This document shows positions 24,823-38,594 of a stretch of 64,000 nucleotides of DNA, piece after piece. The stretch is from NCBI GenBank assembly GCA_013265495.1, contig MU057989.1, forward strand, positions 697,513 through 761,512. The letters are read 5' to 3'. This DNA is from Vicugna vicugna. Lineage: Eukaryota. The translations under genes were made by a program, and so were the position numbers. The notes under the pieces are model-generated. The model worked only from the letters and a program-made list of their open reading frames with translations. It had not been told where the DNA came from and made no database searches. The number at the start of each line of letters is the position of its first letter. Positions within the stretch are counted from its first letter, which is position 1.

Positions 24823-26631
24823 AAGAGACTGTAGAAAATTAATGTAATTTCTTCTTAAGTATGTGGTAGAATAACCAGTGAACCTATATGAACCTGGTGC
24901 TTGCTGTTTGGAAGGTTATTGCTGATCAATTTCTTTAGTAGGTCTAGGCCTACTCATATTATCTCTTTCTACTTGTGTGAGTTTTGGCAGATTGTGCTTT
25001 CAAGGAATTGGTCCATTTCCTCTAATTTATTACATCTGTGTGTGTAGAATTGTTCATAGTATTCATTTTAATGCCCATGGGATCTGCAATCATGTCCCCT
25101 CTTTTGTTTTGGATACTAGTAATATGTGTCCTCTTTTTTTTTTTCTTAGCTCAGCTGAAAGTTTATTGATTTTTATTGATCTTTTCAAAGAATGAGCTTT
25201 TGGTTTCTTGATTTTTCTATTTCTCATTTTCATTGATTTCTGCTCTAATTTTTTATTATTTCCTTTCTTCTGCTTACTTTGGAACTAATTTGCTCTTCTT
25301 TTTCTAGTTTCCTGAAGGGGGAGCTTAAATTAATGACTTCAGATCTTCATAGCATGCATTCAGTGCTATGAATTTCCTTCTAAGCACAGCTTTCAATGCA
25401 TCTCACAAATTTTTGTAAGTTGTATTTTCATTTTCATTTAGTTCAAAATATTTGTTAATTTCTCTTGAGATTTCTTCTTCGATCTCTGTGTTATTTAGAA
25501 ATGTATCATTTAATCTCCAAGTATTTGGGGATTTTCTAGCTACTTTTTTGTTACTGATTTCTGGTTTAATTCTTTTGTGGATTGAGAGCATATATCATAT
25601 GATGTATGTTCTTTTAAATGTGTTAACATGTGTTTTTAGCAGCCCAGAATGTGGTCTGTCTTGGTGAATGTCCCATGTGAGCTTGAGAAGAATGCATATT
25701 CTGCTGTGTTGGATGAAGCAGTCTATAGATGTCTAGTATATCCAGTTGATTGATGGTTTTTTGAGTTCAGCAATGTTCTTGCTGATTTTCTGCCTTTTGG
25801 ATCTGCCCATTTCTGTTACAGGGGTATTGAAGTCTACAGCTATAATAGTGGATTTATCTATCTTTTTTTTGCAGTTCTATGAGTTTTTGCCTCATGTATT
25901 TTGAAGCTCTACTGTTAGGTACATACACATTAAGGTTTATTATGTCTTCTTGAAGACTTGACCTCTTTATTATTCTGTAATGCCTCTCTTCATCTCTGAT
26001 AGTTTTCATTGCTCTGAAGTCTGTCAGAAATCAATAAGCTACTCCATATTTCTTTTGATTAGTGTTAAAATTACATATATTTATCCATCCTTTTACTTTT
26101 TAATCTGTCAGTACCCCTATATTTAAAGTGAGTATCTTGAAGATACCATGTAGTTGGATCTTGTTTTTGATCTGCTCTACAATATGTCTTTTTAAATGAC
26201 GTATTTAGACCATTGACATTTAAAGTGATTATTGATAAGTTGGATTAATAGCTACCATTTTTGCTACTGTTTTCTATCCATTGTCTTTTTCTTTGTTTTT
26301 GTTTTTATCTTCCACTCTTTTTCTGCTTTCTCTGGCTTCGGTTGAACATTTGATATGATTACATTTTCCTAGTCTCTTGGTGTGTTAACTTTATTTTTAA
26401 AAATTTTTTTTAAGTTTGCCTTCCAAGTCAACTTCCAAGGCCACTTTCATATAACATTATACCACTTTATGGTAGTGCAAGTACCTTATAACAGAGTATT
26501 CCCAACTCCTTCTTCCTGTCCCTATGACATTGCTGTCATTCATTTTACATATACAGAAGCTGCAATCACCACATGCATTATTGCTATTATTATTTTGAAC
26601 AAACTATTATCTATTACATCAATTAAGAATA

Positions 26632-26765
26632 GGGGGAGGATATAGCTCAGTGGCAGAGCACGTGCTTAGCATGCACAAGGTCCTGGATTCAATCCCCAGT
26701 GCCTCCATTAAATAAATAAACAAACAAATCTAATTAACTCCCCCCCTACAAAAATAATAAGAAAA
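26632..26765 (+). mobile_element. Vic-1-like SINE
   Basis: GGGGGAGGATATAGCTCAGTGG...GGATTCAATCCCCAG head, A-rich tail. Confidence 0.85.
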
Positions 26766-29029
26766 ATAAAATATTTTATCTTCATTTAATTCCTTCTCTA
26801 ACACTCTTATTTGTGTAGATCTATGTTTCTGACCTATATCATGTTCCTTCTTTCTGAAGAACTTCTTTTAATATTCTTTGCAAAACAAGTCTACCAGTGA
26901 CAAATTCCCTTAATTTTTGTTTATCTGATAAAGTCTTTATTTCTCTTTAGAACTCTAGGTTAGTACTTTTTTCCTTTCCACACTATAAATGTTTGACCCA
27001 TTTGCTTCTTGCTTGAGTGGTTTCTGATGAGAGGTCTAATGTAATTCTCATTCTTGCTCTTCTATAGGTAAGATTCCCCAACATACACCCCTTGCCAGCT
27101 TCTTTTCATGATTTTCTCAGTCTTTGATTTTCTAAATTTTGAATTTGATATGCCTAGGTGTAGATTTTTAAAAATATTTATCATGCTTGGTGTTTTGTGA
27201 GCTTCCTTGTTTGGTGTCTGCCATTAGTTTTGGAAAAGTCTTGGTCAAAATTTCTTCAAATACTTCTTCTGTTCCTTCCTTTCTTTTCCCTCATCATGCA
27301 TATATTACATCTTTTGTAGTTGTCCCACAGTTCTTAGATACTCTGTTCCATCTTTTTCATTCCCTTTTCTTTTTGTATTTCAGGTTTAGAAGTTGCTGTT
27401 GATATTTCTTCAAGCTCATTGATTCTTTCCTCAGCTGTGTGTAGTCTTTTTTTTTTTTTTCAGCTGTGTGTAGTCTATTCATGAACCCATCAAAAGTGTC
27501 CTTCATGTCTGTTACAATTTTTGGAGGTTGTTGGCATCTCCTTTGATTCTTCCTTAAAGTTTCCATCTCTGCTTATGTTGCCCACTTGATCTTGCAAGTT
27601 GTCCACTTTTTCCATTAGAGCCCTTAGCATATTAATCACAGTTGCTTTAAGGAGAAGTATAGTTCTATGATTAGAGTCTTTGAGTGAACCTGTGCCCTTG
27701 GCCTGTGACCTTCACGAGTACTTTTCAGTTTTGGGTTTCCCCACCTTGGGTGAAACAGAAAGGCAGAGGGTGCTGGAGTTGGGTGTTTCCTTTCCCTCAG
27801 GTCAGTTAGGTTCTGCTAAAACCTCAGTTAAGTTAGGCCCTGGTAAAACAGTTTCCCTTGAGGACAGGCCTTGTTAAGAACAGAATACTCAAAATGGCTG
27901 CTGTCCCCTGCTGTAAGTGAGCATAAGGGGTCCTTTTTCTGACCTTCACTGTGAGAACCTGGTAGGATTCCTGGAGATAAAACACAAAAATATCCATGTC
28001 TCCCTAAGAATGGGCCCTCTTGAAGTTTTATTAACTCTCAAATTTGTCTACATTGAACCTCTGGCAATTCATCAGTTACACTTTGATTTTTCCTGCCCTG
28101 GTCTCTGCCTCAGGTGTCTGCTGCAGTAAATTGTGATTCTCTGAGTGTGTCTATCCGTTTCTCTAATTGTTTGATCAGTGTTTTATCCTGTGACCTCAGT
28201 TCCCTGTTGGATCTAAAAAAGAGTTGTTGTTTTTCAGTCTATTCAGTTTTTGTCTAATTGTAAGTATATTAGTGACAGATTCTAAGCTTCTTCCACGACA
28301 GCCTAGAAAATGGAAGTCCCAAATTTTGGGTACATTTAAAGATTTCCAGTTGACACTTTTTTTTTCTTTTAGTATTTTAATGGTGTCATTCCATTGTCCT
28401 CTGGCTTACAGCAGAAGTCTCATATTTTTAAAAAATCTGTACATAATGTGTTTTTTTTGAGCCTGGCTGCTTTTAAGATTTTTTTTTAAAGATGTTTATC
28501 AACACTGGTTTTCAACAACTTGATTATGGTGTGCCTTGGTGGTTTTTTGAGTTTTATCAAACTTGGATCTGTGAATTTGCAGTTTTCATCATATTTGGGA
28601 AGTTTTGCTCACTGTTTCTTCAAATATTGTTTCTGTCCCCTTCTTGCCCTTCTTTTTCTGGGATTTTGGTTCATGCACATTGGACTGCTTGGCAGAGTCT
28701 GATGCTTTTTATTTCCTTTCTGTGCTTTATTTGAATAGTTTCAATTGCCATGTCTTTCAGTTGTCTGATCTTTTCTTTTTCAGTGTTGATCTAATGTTAA
28801 TCCCATACTGTGAGTTTTTGCATTTCAGATATTTTTGCCATCTCTAGAAGTTCCATTTGGGTCTTTTTATATCTTCCATTTCTTACTTCGTGCTCATGTT
28901 TCTACTTCCCTGATATATGAAGCATGTTTATAATATCTGTTTTTTTTGTCCTTGTCTGCTAGTTCCTTTATCTCTGTCATTTCTAGGTCAGTTTCCCTTG
29001 TGGTGGACTGCCTGCTTGCGATACTGGAC

Positions 29030-29640
29030 ATTTCTCCCTAGCCAGCTCTCCTGACCTAACCTTTGTCAGTGGAGGGCACTGGAGGAGAAAAGGCCTCTCT
29101 TCCTGGTTTTTTGTGCTTTGCTTATTCCTGTTCTGTGACATGGGCTCACCCCCACACCCCCTCGTGATTTTCTGTGGCACTACCTCAGGCAGCTTCCTAC
29201 TGAAAAATGCAGCAGTACATGGATGCCAACAGTACTTATGTATTTGGGAGGGAACAGGCTGTCACTTAAGTTCCATGGGTACCGAGGCTGGCCTCCTGGC
29301 AGCTTTCTAGTGAGCTCATCAGCATCTCCCCACTGTTGGCTTCCCAGCACTCTCTGCAGACAGCTTCCCATCTAATGTTGCTGGCATCCTCTCAGGTGGC
29401 TCTCAGCCCTCAAGCCTTCGCCTGGAACAGCCCAGGGAACTTCACCATCCAGGGAGCTATGATCTCCCAGGTCTGAGTCCTTCCCTTGGGTACCTCCCTT
29501 CACCCTAGGGTATTCTATAAAGTTCTCTATTGGTTCCTTTTAGTTAATCCCCTATAAATAGTTAATAATTCTTTATACTAAACTTTCCTTGTTTAAAGTA
29601 TGATGTGTTTTCTGTCCCTGGCTGGACCCTGACTGATAGA
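29030..29640. mobile_element. Probable ancient LTR inserted in old L1 sequence
   Basis: Interrupts T-rich L1-like sequence; ends ...ggaccctgactgata like ERVL/MaLR LTR termini. Confidence 0.4.
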
Positions 29641-30914
29641 CCTGGCTGTTTCCTTATTAGATACTGGCCATTGTGAATTTATGTTGTTGGTTGCTGGGTT
29701 TTGTTCTATTCCTTCAAACAGTGTTAATCTTGGTCTGGCACACAGTTAAGTTCCTTGGCATCAGTTGATCTTTAGAGAATTGCTTCATTAGGGTGGTCCA
29801 GAGTTGCCTTTGGTCTACTGCTAATTTAGCCCCATTGCCAAGGGTAATGCCTATCTGAGGATTCTACCCAATATCCTGTGAATGAGGAGGTCTTTCCATG
29901 GTGGCTTGTGGGAACACAGAATATTCCCATTCCTGTGTGAGCTCCGGGGATAGTTCTATCTGCAAGGGATTCTTGCCCCAGCCTCTCACATAGCTTTTCT
30001 TACACAGATACAGTTTTGTCCTCAGCTGAAGACTTGAGGGGATCCTCTGCGGATCCTGGAGCTCTGCTTTCTTTGTGACCCACTCCCTCCCAACATTCTT
30101 CGCCACACATTGTAGCCACCTGGGCCTCCCTGACCTATACTCAGGGGACAGTTGGGTCTCAGTTTCCCTTCCCTACACTGTAGCCTGGAAGCCACCTCAG
30201 CTGTGGCGGGTCAGTCACAGGGCCCAGTGTCTTGGTTGCCCTTATCTCTGGGATCACTGTCATGCACTGTTATCCAGTGACGGAAAACCATCACATCATC
30301 TCTTACCCAGTTTTTTCATTGTTTGGGGGCCCCTGTTACTCCATCTTGAGTGAATGAATAAACATACAAACAAATGAAACAGCCTGTCAGGAGCTTGATG
30401 AAGTTTCAGAACAAGTGGTACCCTCGAGCTAAGATGACTGACATTAACACTCGGTTTTTTCTTCTTTTTATTAACCAGTCAGTGTGCATAGGAACAGCAA
30501 GATCGCACAGGCTGTGAGAGAGTGACATGGTGGCAGCCTGGTGGCAGCCCCCTGAGAAGCTTGCATTTTACCAGCTTCCTGCGCAGTGTCGTTGGTGAGC
30601 TGAGGCCCCTGCGAAGATCAGCACCTCTTCATAGAGCTCAGAGGAGGGGGAAGGAGCCGGTCCCCCCTGCATTTGCGTAGGCTGCCTCTATTGCCCGCCA
30701 CGACTTCAGCGGTCTTTGGATGATGGGGAGCCAGACCAACAAGGCCACCTACCTCAAGCTACTCTGGCCTTCGCCAGAGGACCAGATGGAAGGTGCTGTG
30801 CTGGACTCATTCCTGGTCTCCTGAGGCCATCTCTGCTCCTGCCTGAGGCCCCTGTCCACGGCTACAGCTGGTGGCTTGTCGTAGCCAGTGCCGTCCTGCT
30901 TTACCTCTGCGCTG

Positions 30915-30997
30915 GGGGAGGGGCATTGACCCCTGACGGGCAGCTGTGTGCGTATGCAGGCCGCAGGGGAGGCCGTCTGGAAAGGCAGCCTCAGAAG
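30915..30997 (+). promoter_or_regulatory. DNASE1: Candidate distal DNASE1 promoter and exon 1a
   Basis: GC box GGGGAGGGGC (30915-30924) then strong donor AAG|GTGAGT at 30997/30998 in unique sequence; human DNASE1 has a known Sp1-driven upstream exon 1a. Confidence 0.45.
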
Positions 30998-32274
30998 GTG
31001 AGTGGACGTGCTTTCTAAACTAATGTAGAAGTGGGGAGAACCAGTGCCACTCCCCAGACCCTGGAACCCTACGATTCCTGAGGAGGCAGAGGTCTCTGTG
31101 GCTGCCTCTCTGTTCTCCTGGGGGCACCTTCTGTTCCATCACCTGGGAATCTCCATGCCTCAGGCTCGTTCCCTGGGCCAGTGTCTGGCCCTTTGGGTGG
31201 AGAATGGGGGCAGGACCCCATGTCTACCCACATGTCAGGGCCCAGCACGGGCAGGCCCTCTGTGAGGCCCTCGTGGCGGATGGGGGGCCTGGGCAGGACA
31301 AACGCAGCATCCTTCACTCGCAGCAGGCCTGGTGAGGGGACTCTCCTGGAGGCTGGGTAGGGAGAAGGCTGAGGCACTGGGGAAGGATGGCTCAGTGGAA
31401 GCCTTTTTCCTCACATGACTGGGCCCCAACAGGCCCGCATTGCACGTGTCCCCACCCTCAAGAGGAGCTGAGTTACAGGAACATTACAGCTCATGGCTTT
31501 TCATGGTGGAGGGGCAGGGAGAAGCACCCAGGGTAACTTGGGGACTGTGGTTTCCTCCTCACTAGTGGGACCCCATTGCTCAATATACTATACTCTGAGG
31601 TCCAGAGATGCTCAGAGAAAGGAAGATGAGCAGAGGCTGGGGTCTAGTGGACACAGTGACCAGGGGAGGTGGGGAAGACAAGACATCAGCCTTCCCTAGC
31701 TGCTCATCCACGAGGGAGTGGGCAGAGTTGGAAAGACACACCCCACTTGGAACTCAGGTTTGAGGGTCTGTGGTGGAGCTGGTGGCCGCCACGTCATAGG
31801 GCTGTACCGTCACATGGACCCTGTTGGGCTCAGGCAGGAGCAGCCCCTCCTCTCCGTGGAGACAGGCCTACACCAGCAGCTACCTGGGGCCTGCTGTCTG
31901 ACAGTCAGGACTTCCATGACAGGGCGGGGTTGTTCTGAGCTCCCTGCTGTCTGGCTGTACTTGACCTGAGTGCTGCTCTGATTCCGCCTTACCCCACGAG
32001 GAGCTTCCCTCTCCTCCCCTCCTGTTAGGAGCTGTAACTTTGATGGTGTTCCCTTATCACATTTGGTTACATGATTGTTCCACCAGGATTTGTGATGTGG
32101 AGACTGAGTGAGGAGCCTGGCCCAGTGGCAGTAGCCTGTTCCTTTACTCATTCATCAAGAGGACCTAGTCAGGCTCCCCTTGTGTGAGATGCTCACACTT
32201 AGATGGGGACAGCCAGAGCAGCCGAAGAGATTGAAACATCTAAAGCCATTCTGTCAAGAAGGCCCCTGTCTGAC

Positions 32275-32600
32275 ATTCATCTTTTCATTCAGCAAGTACT
32301 TGGTGAGCACCTGCTATGGGGCCAGCCTTGTCTACATGATGCTATATACGCCCAGCTCTTGTGCGACTTAGCCCAGTAGGATGAGGTTGACCATAACAAC
32401 GTGTGTTAGATGTGATGGTGGCAAGAAAATCAGGATAAAGGAGATAGAGTCATGGAAGAAAACCTGCTACTTAAGTAGGATGCTATGGTAGGGTGACATC
32501 TGGGCAGAGGCTTAAGTGAAGGGAGGGACAAGCCGTGTAGCCATCTGGAGGCAGAGCACTCAGGTAGAGGAACAGTGCAAAGGCCCTGAGGTGGGAGGCC
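32275..32600 (-). mobile_element. L2 LINE 3' fragment
   Basis: ttcattcagcaagtacttggtgagcacctgctatg is the reverse complement of an L2 3' end. Confidence 0.65.
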
Positions 32601-35600
32601 CTTTGGAAACATGTTGAAACTGTCAGTGTGAAATTATAATGTCTGTAGAGAAGCCCTGTGGCAGGTACTTACATTTCTTGTCAGAAACCAGCATCATCTC
32701 TCTGGCCAAGGGTGGTATAGCCCCCAGAAAGGAAACAGGCCTGGAGCTGAAAGTCCTCCAGGAGCGAGGTTAAGAAGCCTGAGCCAAGGACATGTGTGCA
32801 TGTTCTCTGAGGAGGCATAGAACAGGCTTATAGAATACAGGACTGCTGTGTCCTGGTGTTGTGCTGTCTTCTTTTAAGACAAATACCGTAGGTTTCAGAC
32901 AGGATACAGAGGTCGTGAGTCCCACAGTCTTGGTCGAGCAGAGAGGTATGCTGTCTCACTGGCTGGCGTACCTCTACACAGGACATTTGTAGCTCAGAGT
33001 TGTCCATGTGGCCTGATAGTTAGACCAGCTTGCCTAGTTATCAGCCTACAAACTTTCCAGCTCCTCACTTCAGTGACTCTTTCCAAGTAATGAAAACAGG
33101 CTTCTTCTGGCCATGGAGTAGCTCACAGCAGACCAATGCCTCCCGAAGACTCAGGAACTGGCCATAATTCACAAAGCGTCTGCTTGAAGGACCAGAGCAC
33201 TGCCCTGGCACCGACGACTCAGAGGGGAGCTTGAAGAGGTGAGCCCTACTTCCTACATTGGCTTCTCCCCTTAGGGCTGGGCAGGGGTGGCTGCTAAGAG
33301 GCAGAGAAGCCAGAGGAGGTCCGTGTAATCTCGTGGGGCTGGGGAGACTGAGCTGGGGATATGGGCCTGAGGCAGTGGGGCTGGAGGGCTGAGATCCTTG
33401 AAAGGAAGGAGACCAGAGAAGCTGAAAGTGGCTGAAAAGCAGAGCTGGGTTTTTGGCAGTTTCCTGCTGCTAGGGAAGAGTTCAGAGCCTGCCAAGGAGG
33501 AATGGCCCTAAGAAATACCAGACTCTTTGCTGGGACCTTTGGGGACCCCAGGTGATTGGGCTTTGCAAGGACTGCAGAATGAGCTCAGTGTCAGCTGAGT
33601 CCCCAGCTGGCCTGAGGTGGCCTGGCCCCTCTGCTGCCCACCCTGGAGGGAGACATCGTACCATTCCTCTGCTGGTCCATCAAATTACTAGGCATACTGA
33701 GAAACAGGACGGGGGGCAAAAGTTGGTAGACCCACAGGAGATTAAGATACTGGAGTAGCAGATATGGACTTTAAAGTAAGTTATTAACATATTAAAGAAA
33801 ATAGGTAAGATGAAGAGTTTCATAGAGAATTAGAATTCATAAAAGATTAAATGAAAATTCTGAAAGGGAAAGTACAATAACTGAAATTTAAAATTCAGTA
33901 GGTGGATTTTACAGTAGATGAGACAGCAGAAGAGAGGATTAGTGAGCTGGAAGACAGAGCAATAGAAAGTACCTCTGCAAACACCACCAGGACCAGCTCA
34001 CTCTATCCTGTGAGCTTCCTTCTCCTTGCTTGTCTTGGGCAGGCCTGCTGAGAAGGCTCTTTGTGCTTGGGAATTTGGGGGACACTCCCCATTGCAGCCT
34101 TGTTGGAAACATCATCAGAACGTGGGGAGTCTAGTCAGTGGAGCTCTATGACTAATGAAATCTTTAAGGGCCTCAGGTCCGTCAGCAGGATCGTGAGCTT
34201 GTTTGTGCTCATGGGCCCAGGCTAAAGGTATGCTAATCTCTCCAACATACTCCTTGAAAATGTCTTTTTAAACAATTCCCTTTTCATTGGCTTCTCTCCT
34301 GAAAGAAGAGTGCAGAAAAGTGCACTTTTGAGGGGCAGGGAATCAGGTGGGGAACCAAGGGAGGCTTGTCTGTGATTTGCAAAGGGCAAGCACACTGCTT
34401 CTCAGGCTCCCAGACCGAGTGCCACCTGTTCCACAACGGGGTGAGGGAGCAGGGCCCAGGCTGTGAAGGGCGTGACTGTGAAACTGGTTGTGGATTGTAG
34501 CAATTCATAGGCATGTTGTTCTGAGAAATTTTCCATCCTGGGTTAATGGTTTCCTTATAATGAACAGAAATAAATTCATGAGGGATGGTGAGCTGTGGTG
34601 GGATCATGGGTCAAGGCCAGCGGCTGAGCGGACAGATGACTGCTGACCTGCATAGGCTGTCTGACATGGGTTAATGCAGTGTTGTTGCAAAGACATCGGC
34701 CCTTTATCTCCAGTAAAGGGTGGAAGCCTCTTTGTCCTCTAAAGCGCTCTGTCTGTGGGTGCAGCAACCACCCCTCCCGAGGGGAGAGATGGAGTCTGGG
34801 TGGAGTCTGGCTGGAGGGAGGGGGGCATGTCTGAGGGGCCACAATAGCCACTGGCTCCTGGGAGCTTCTGGTCAGCTCAAGCTGAGTGCCCAGAGGCCAC
34901 CTGGATGCTCCTTAGTGTCTCCTGTGCTTCAGGACAGAAGGCCGTGCTGGGTTCTCTGTGGATGTTCATGAGGAAGGGACGTTCTCTCACGTGGGAGGTT
35001 GGGGGCAGGAGATGAGGAGCAGGTGAGCACGGAGCCCCGCTTGCTCGTTCAGCCTCTGCCTCCCAGGCTTTGAGGCCTGGGCAGTTTGATGGATGAGATA
35101 GACGAGGTCCCTACTCCTGGGCAGCTGGTGTTCTAGTCCAGAGGCCAGCCTTAAATGAGTATAAGCAAGTAAGAGCAGACACTAAAACAAAGAAAACAAG
35201 GGTCATGGAAAAGATGACACTGGGACCATGCTGGTGGCAGGGACTGGGTGGGCAGAGGACGACCTCCCTGAAGAGGGGTTGGTGAGCTGAAACTGGGACA
35301 GAACAAGGCGGCCACTCAGGGGCAGAGCGGAGGTTCTGAGTTAGAACCACACAGGTCCTGATAGGCGCCAGCTTTTCTCTTGAGGACAATGAGAAACCAA
35401 TGACAGATTTTAAGCAGGAGAATCTGATCACACATTCACAGGATGTGCTGGCACCGGCCGAGGCTTGGATTGTGGCGCGGTTTTCTGGGAGCAGGGAGAC
35501 CAATGGGCAGCTTTGCATTTGTTCGGGGGAAGAGTGGCGGCTGTAGAACCAGAGGGGAGTGCAGACTCAGGATGCATTTGGGGCTGAGGGGAAGCAGGAT

Positions 35601-38160
35601 GCAAATGAGTTTCAGGTATCCAAGCATTTGGATGCAGGCAGGGTCCTAGTGGCAGGGGCACACTGCTGTGTATGTTAAAGTCAGGGTTTCCCAACCCTCG
35701 GCCCAGCGCACCCCTAGGTAAGGTTTAGTAATTATTTTAAGGGACCCCTAGGCCAAAAGAAATACCTAACAGCTACATTTATTAAATAGATAAGTCCAAA
35801 CAAACAATTTAACTATGTTCTAGCAATTTATAGTAGATATTTGGAAAATAATATATATAAACTTAAAATTTTTTTTCATTATATTTTTAGGTAACTGTAA
35901 TTACTTACAGATGGAATGTGTGCCTCTTGGGCTCTCCTTAAATCTTAGAATCAGATTGGAAACTGCCACCCCTGTTGCCTGTCCCACATTGATACTCACT
36001 CACACAGTAATTGCTTTTTCAGTAACTGTCAGAATCCTAGCTTTGCAGACATCAAATCATGGAAAGGAATGTAGCAAGATATGAGGTTAAAACCGTGAAG
36101 CGTCCAAAGACGTTGAGTATCACTGTTTTCCTCACAAGTAAAAGGCATCCTGCTGTGGCTGCAAGCTCACTAGGGGCGGGGGCGCCTCGGCACAGGCTGG
36201 AAGCTGCCGCTCCATGCCCTTCCCTTTTCCCTCGGGGTCTGTTCTGTGGATGTCCTCTCTTCCAGGCAGCATGTTGGTGTGCAAGTCACCCCCACCCCTA
36301 CTTTTAGGGAGGGCTCACTGGGTCTTGTGGCGCTCACTGTCGCCCTTGCAGCCCGACCGGCTTGCATAGAGCAAGTGTCTCTTGAGGCCATTTTGTTCTC
36401 GGCTTTGGTGCTTAAGAGGATTTTTTTCTTTATCCTTTGATTTCAGCCACATCACAGCTCAGGACCTGGCTCCAACTTCATTACTTCCTTGTGATGCATG
36501 TTTCCCCTTCCTGTATCTGGAGCAGGCTTAGTTAACTAAATAGGGTGGCAGACTCTCAGGGCTCATAGAAACACAGCTCACCACAATCAGAGAGTGGTCT
36601 GCTCTCTGCACCCGTTTCCCTGCTGATATGACTTTGAAGGATGCCATTATGGAGCCTGGCACAGGAGTGTACCTCTGACTTCCCGCCATTGGTGTTGGGC
36701 TTGGCCCTGTCACTTGCTAAGACAAAAAGAACGTGGGCAGAAGTGGCAACGTGCAGATTCTGAGCCAGGCCTCTGGAGGCGTCATGTATTTGTGTTCACC
36801 CCTCTGGAAGTTTCCATCTTCCAACATGTTAGAAGAGCATACCCTGGGTAGCTGCAGTCCTTCTAGCCTGACCCCAGAGGGAGGCCCAGGAAGCAGAGAC
36901 CTACCACCTAAGCTACAGGCCTGGGCGCATGGGGAAAAAATGCATATTGCTGTACATATTGAATATTGAGATTGCTTGTTACAGAGCAACAGCTGACTGA
37001 TACAAATGGAAAAGAGGTACATGAGGGAAAGGCAAAGGGGTGATGGAAATGTCACAACTGTGAGGGTTACTGCTCTTACGGATTTTTTTTTTTTTAGTTG
37101 TTTTCTTCTTAGGGATAAGATGAATTTTTAAGGAGACATGAAATGATTCTTCTGTGGAATAATGTTCTACCTGTTGATCCTTAGGACAAACCTAAGAGGA
37201 AAGCAGTGTTGGTTTTATCCCCATTTTATAGATGGAGATATTGAGGTTCAAAGTGGCTGAAGGAACAGTGGGTGAGCCTGGTCTGGGCCCTAAATCCCTG
37301 ACTCCTCCCGGGCTGTGTTGCTGGCCTCCCATGGGCCTGACTCAGAGTAACCAACGTGGTGACAGAGCCCGGCACTTGGTGCAGGTGGGGCCACAGTCGG
37401 GGCTTTTCTTCTGGCAGTTTGGGGAGGGACGGCAGCTCCCCAGAGCAGAAGGGGCAGCGTTTGGTGGAGAGGTGGGCATGAGTGTTGACAGACGGGGTCT
37501 GTGTCTCACATGCTGAGAACTGGAAGGTCCCTGTGCCTGCCAGTAGCTGGACTAGTGGCTGCCCACTGATTTGCCCCCATGTGCCCTTCAAAAGGTCTGG
37601 CAAGTGTGTGTCCAGGAAGTAAGTGGTCGAGGCCCCTACTTTGAATACATTGATGGGACTGCTTGGTGGTTGGGGCCTAGATTTTGACACACTTGAAGCT
37701 GTCCCAGCCTCAGGGATTTTAAATAGGAGTATCAGCAATCAGTCCTTTGCAAAAAGCTGTTGTGGGGCTCCTGGCAGCTTGAGGGCCAGGCCAGGTGACC
37801 GCATCTTGCAGATGCCTTATCGAGGGACACAGGAGCTGACTGGCATTCCTGCTGATAGCCGGAGCTGCCGTCCGCATGTTGTCATTACTCCAGGCAGTCC
37901 TGGTCTTGCTGAAGTTGGCTAACTTTGGGTTGTTTTTAATCCTTTCTGCGTCCTCCTCCTTCACAACCAGCTGACCAGATCTACAGTATACTTTCTTGAT
38001 TTTGACCTTGGTCCCTGCTGACTGCTCCCTAACCTCTAGTCCCTCACAGCCCTGCACTCCCTTTCATACTGCAAGACCCTTCCATCCCAGGGAAGGACCC
38101 AGCCTCCCACTCACAGGGCTGACCTTGGAGACCACAACCCCTCCCAAATGGGGCAGAGAT

Positions 38161-38594
38161 CCGTGATGGGCTGAAAAAGGCCCCGCCCCGCCCCAGTTAG
38201 ATCCACGTCCTAATCGCCGGAAACTCTTCACTTTATATGGCAAAAGAGGATCTTGAGATGGGAGATGGTCCTGGATTATCTGAGAGGACCCTAAACTCAA
38301 TCATCTCTTTCTTTGCCAGGGGGCGGGGGAGAGTGGACCCAGACAGTAACAATGGAGGCAGAGATGGGGGTGATGCAGCCACAAGCCAAGGAACAGCAGG
38401 AGCCCCCGGAAGCTGAAGAGGTAGGAAGGGCTCTCCCCTAGAGCCTCTGGAGGTGCGCAGCCCTGTGACACCTTGACTTCAGCTCAGTGAAATCGCAGAC
38501 TCTGGCCTCTAAAATTGTTAGAGAATACATTTCTGTAGTTTTAAGCCCCCAAGTTTGTGGTGACTTGTTACAGCAGCCACAGGAAATGAATACA
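38161..38594 (+). mobile_element. MaLR LTR (MLT1C/D-like)
   Basis: gatgcagccacaagccaagga...ttttaagcccccaagtttgtggtgacttgttacagcagccacaggaaatgaataca. Confidence 0.8.

Larger units (their letters stand above)
24410..28320 (-). mobile_element. Ancient L1 (L1MD-like), ORF2 to 5' end
   Basis: Minus-strand ORF remnants (NTWRLNDTFLNNTEIEEEISREINKYFELNENENTTYKNL; ORF1-like at 27357-27566). Confidence 0.8.
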
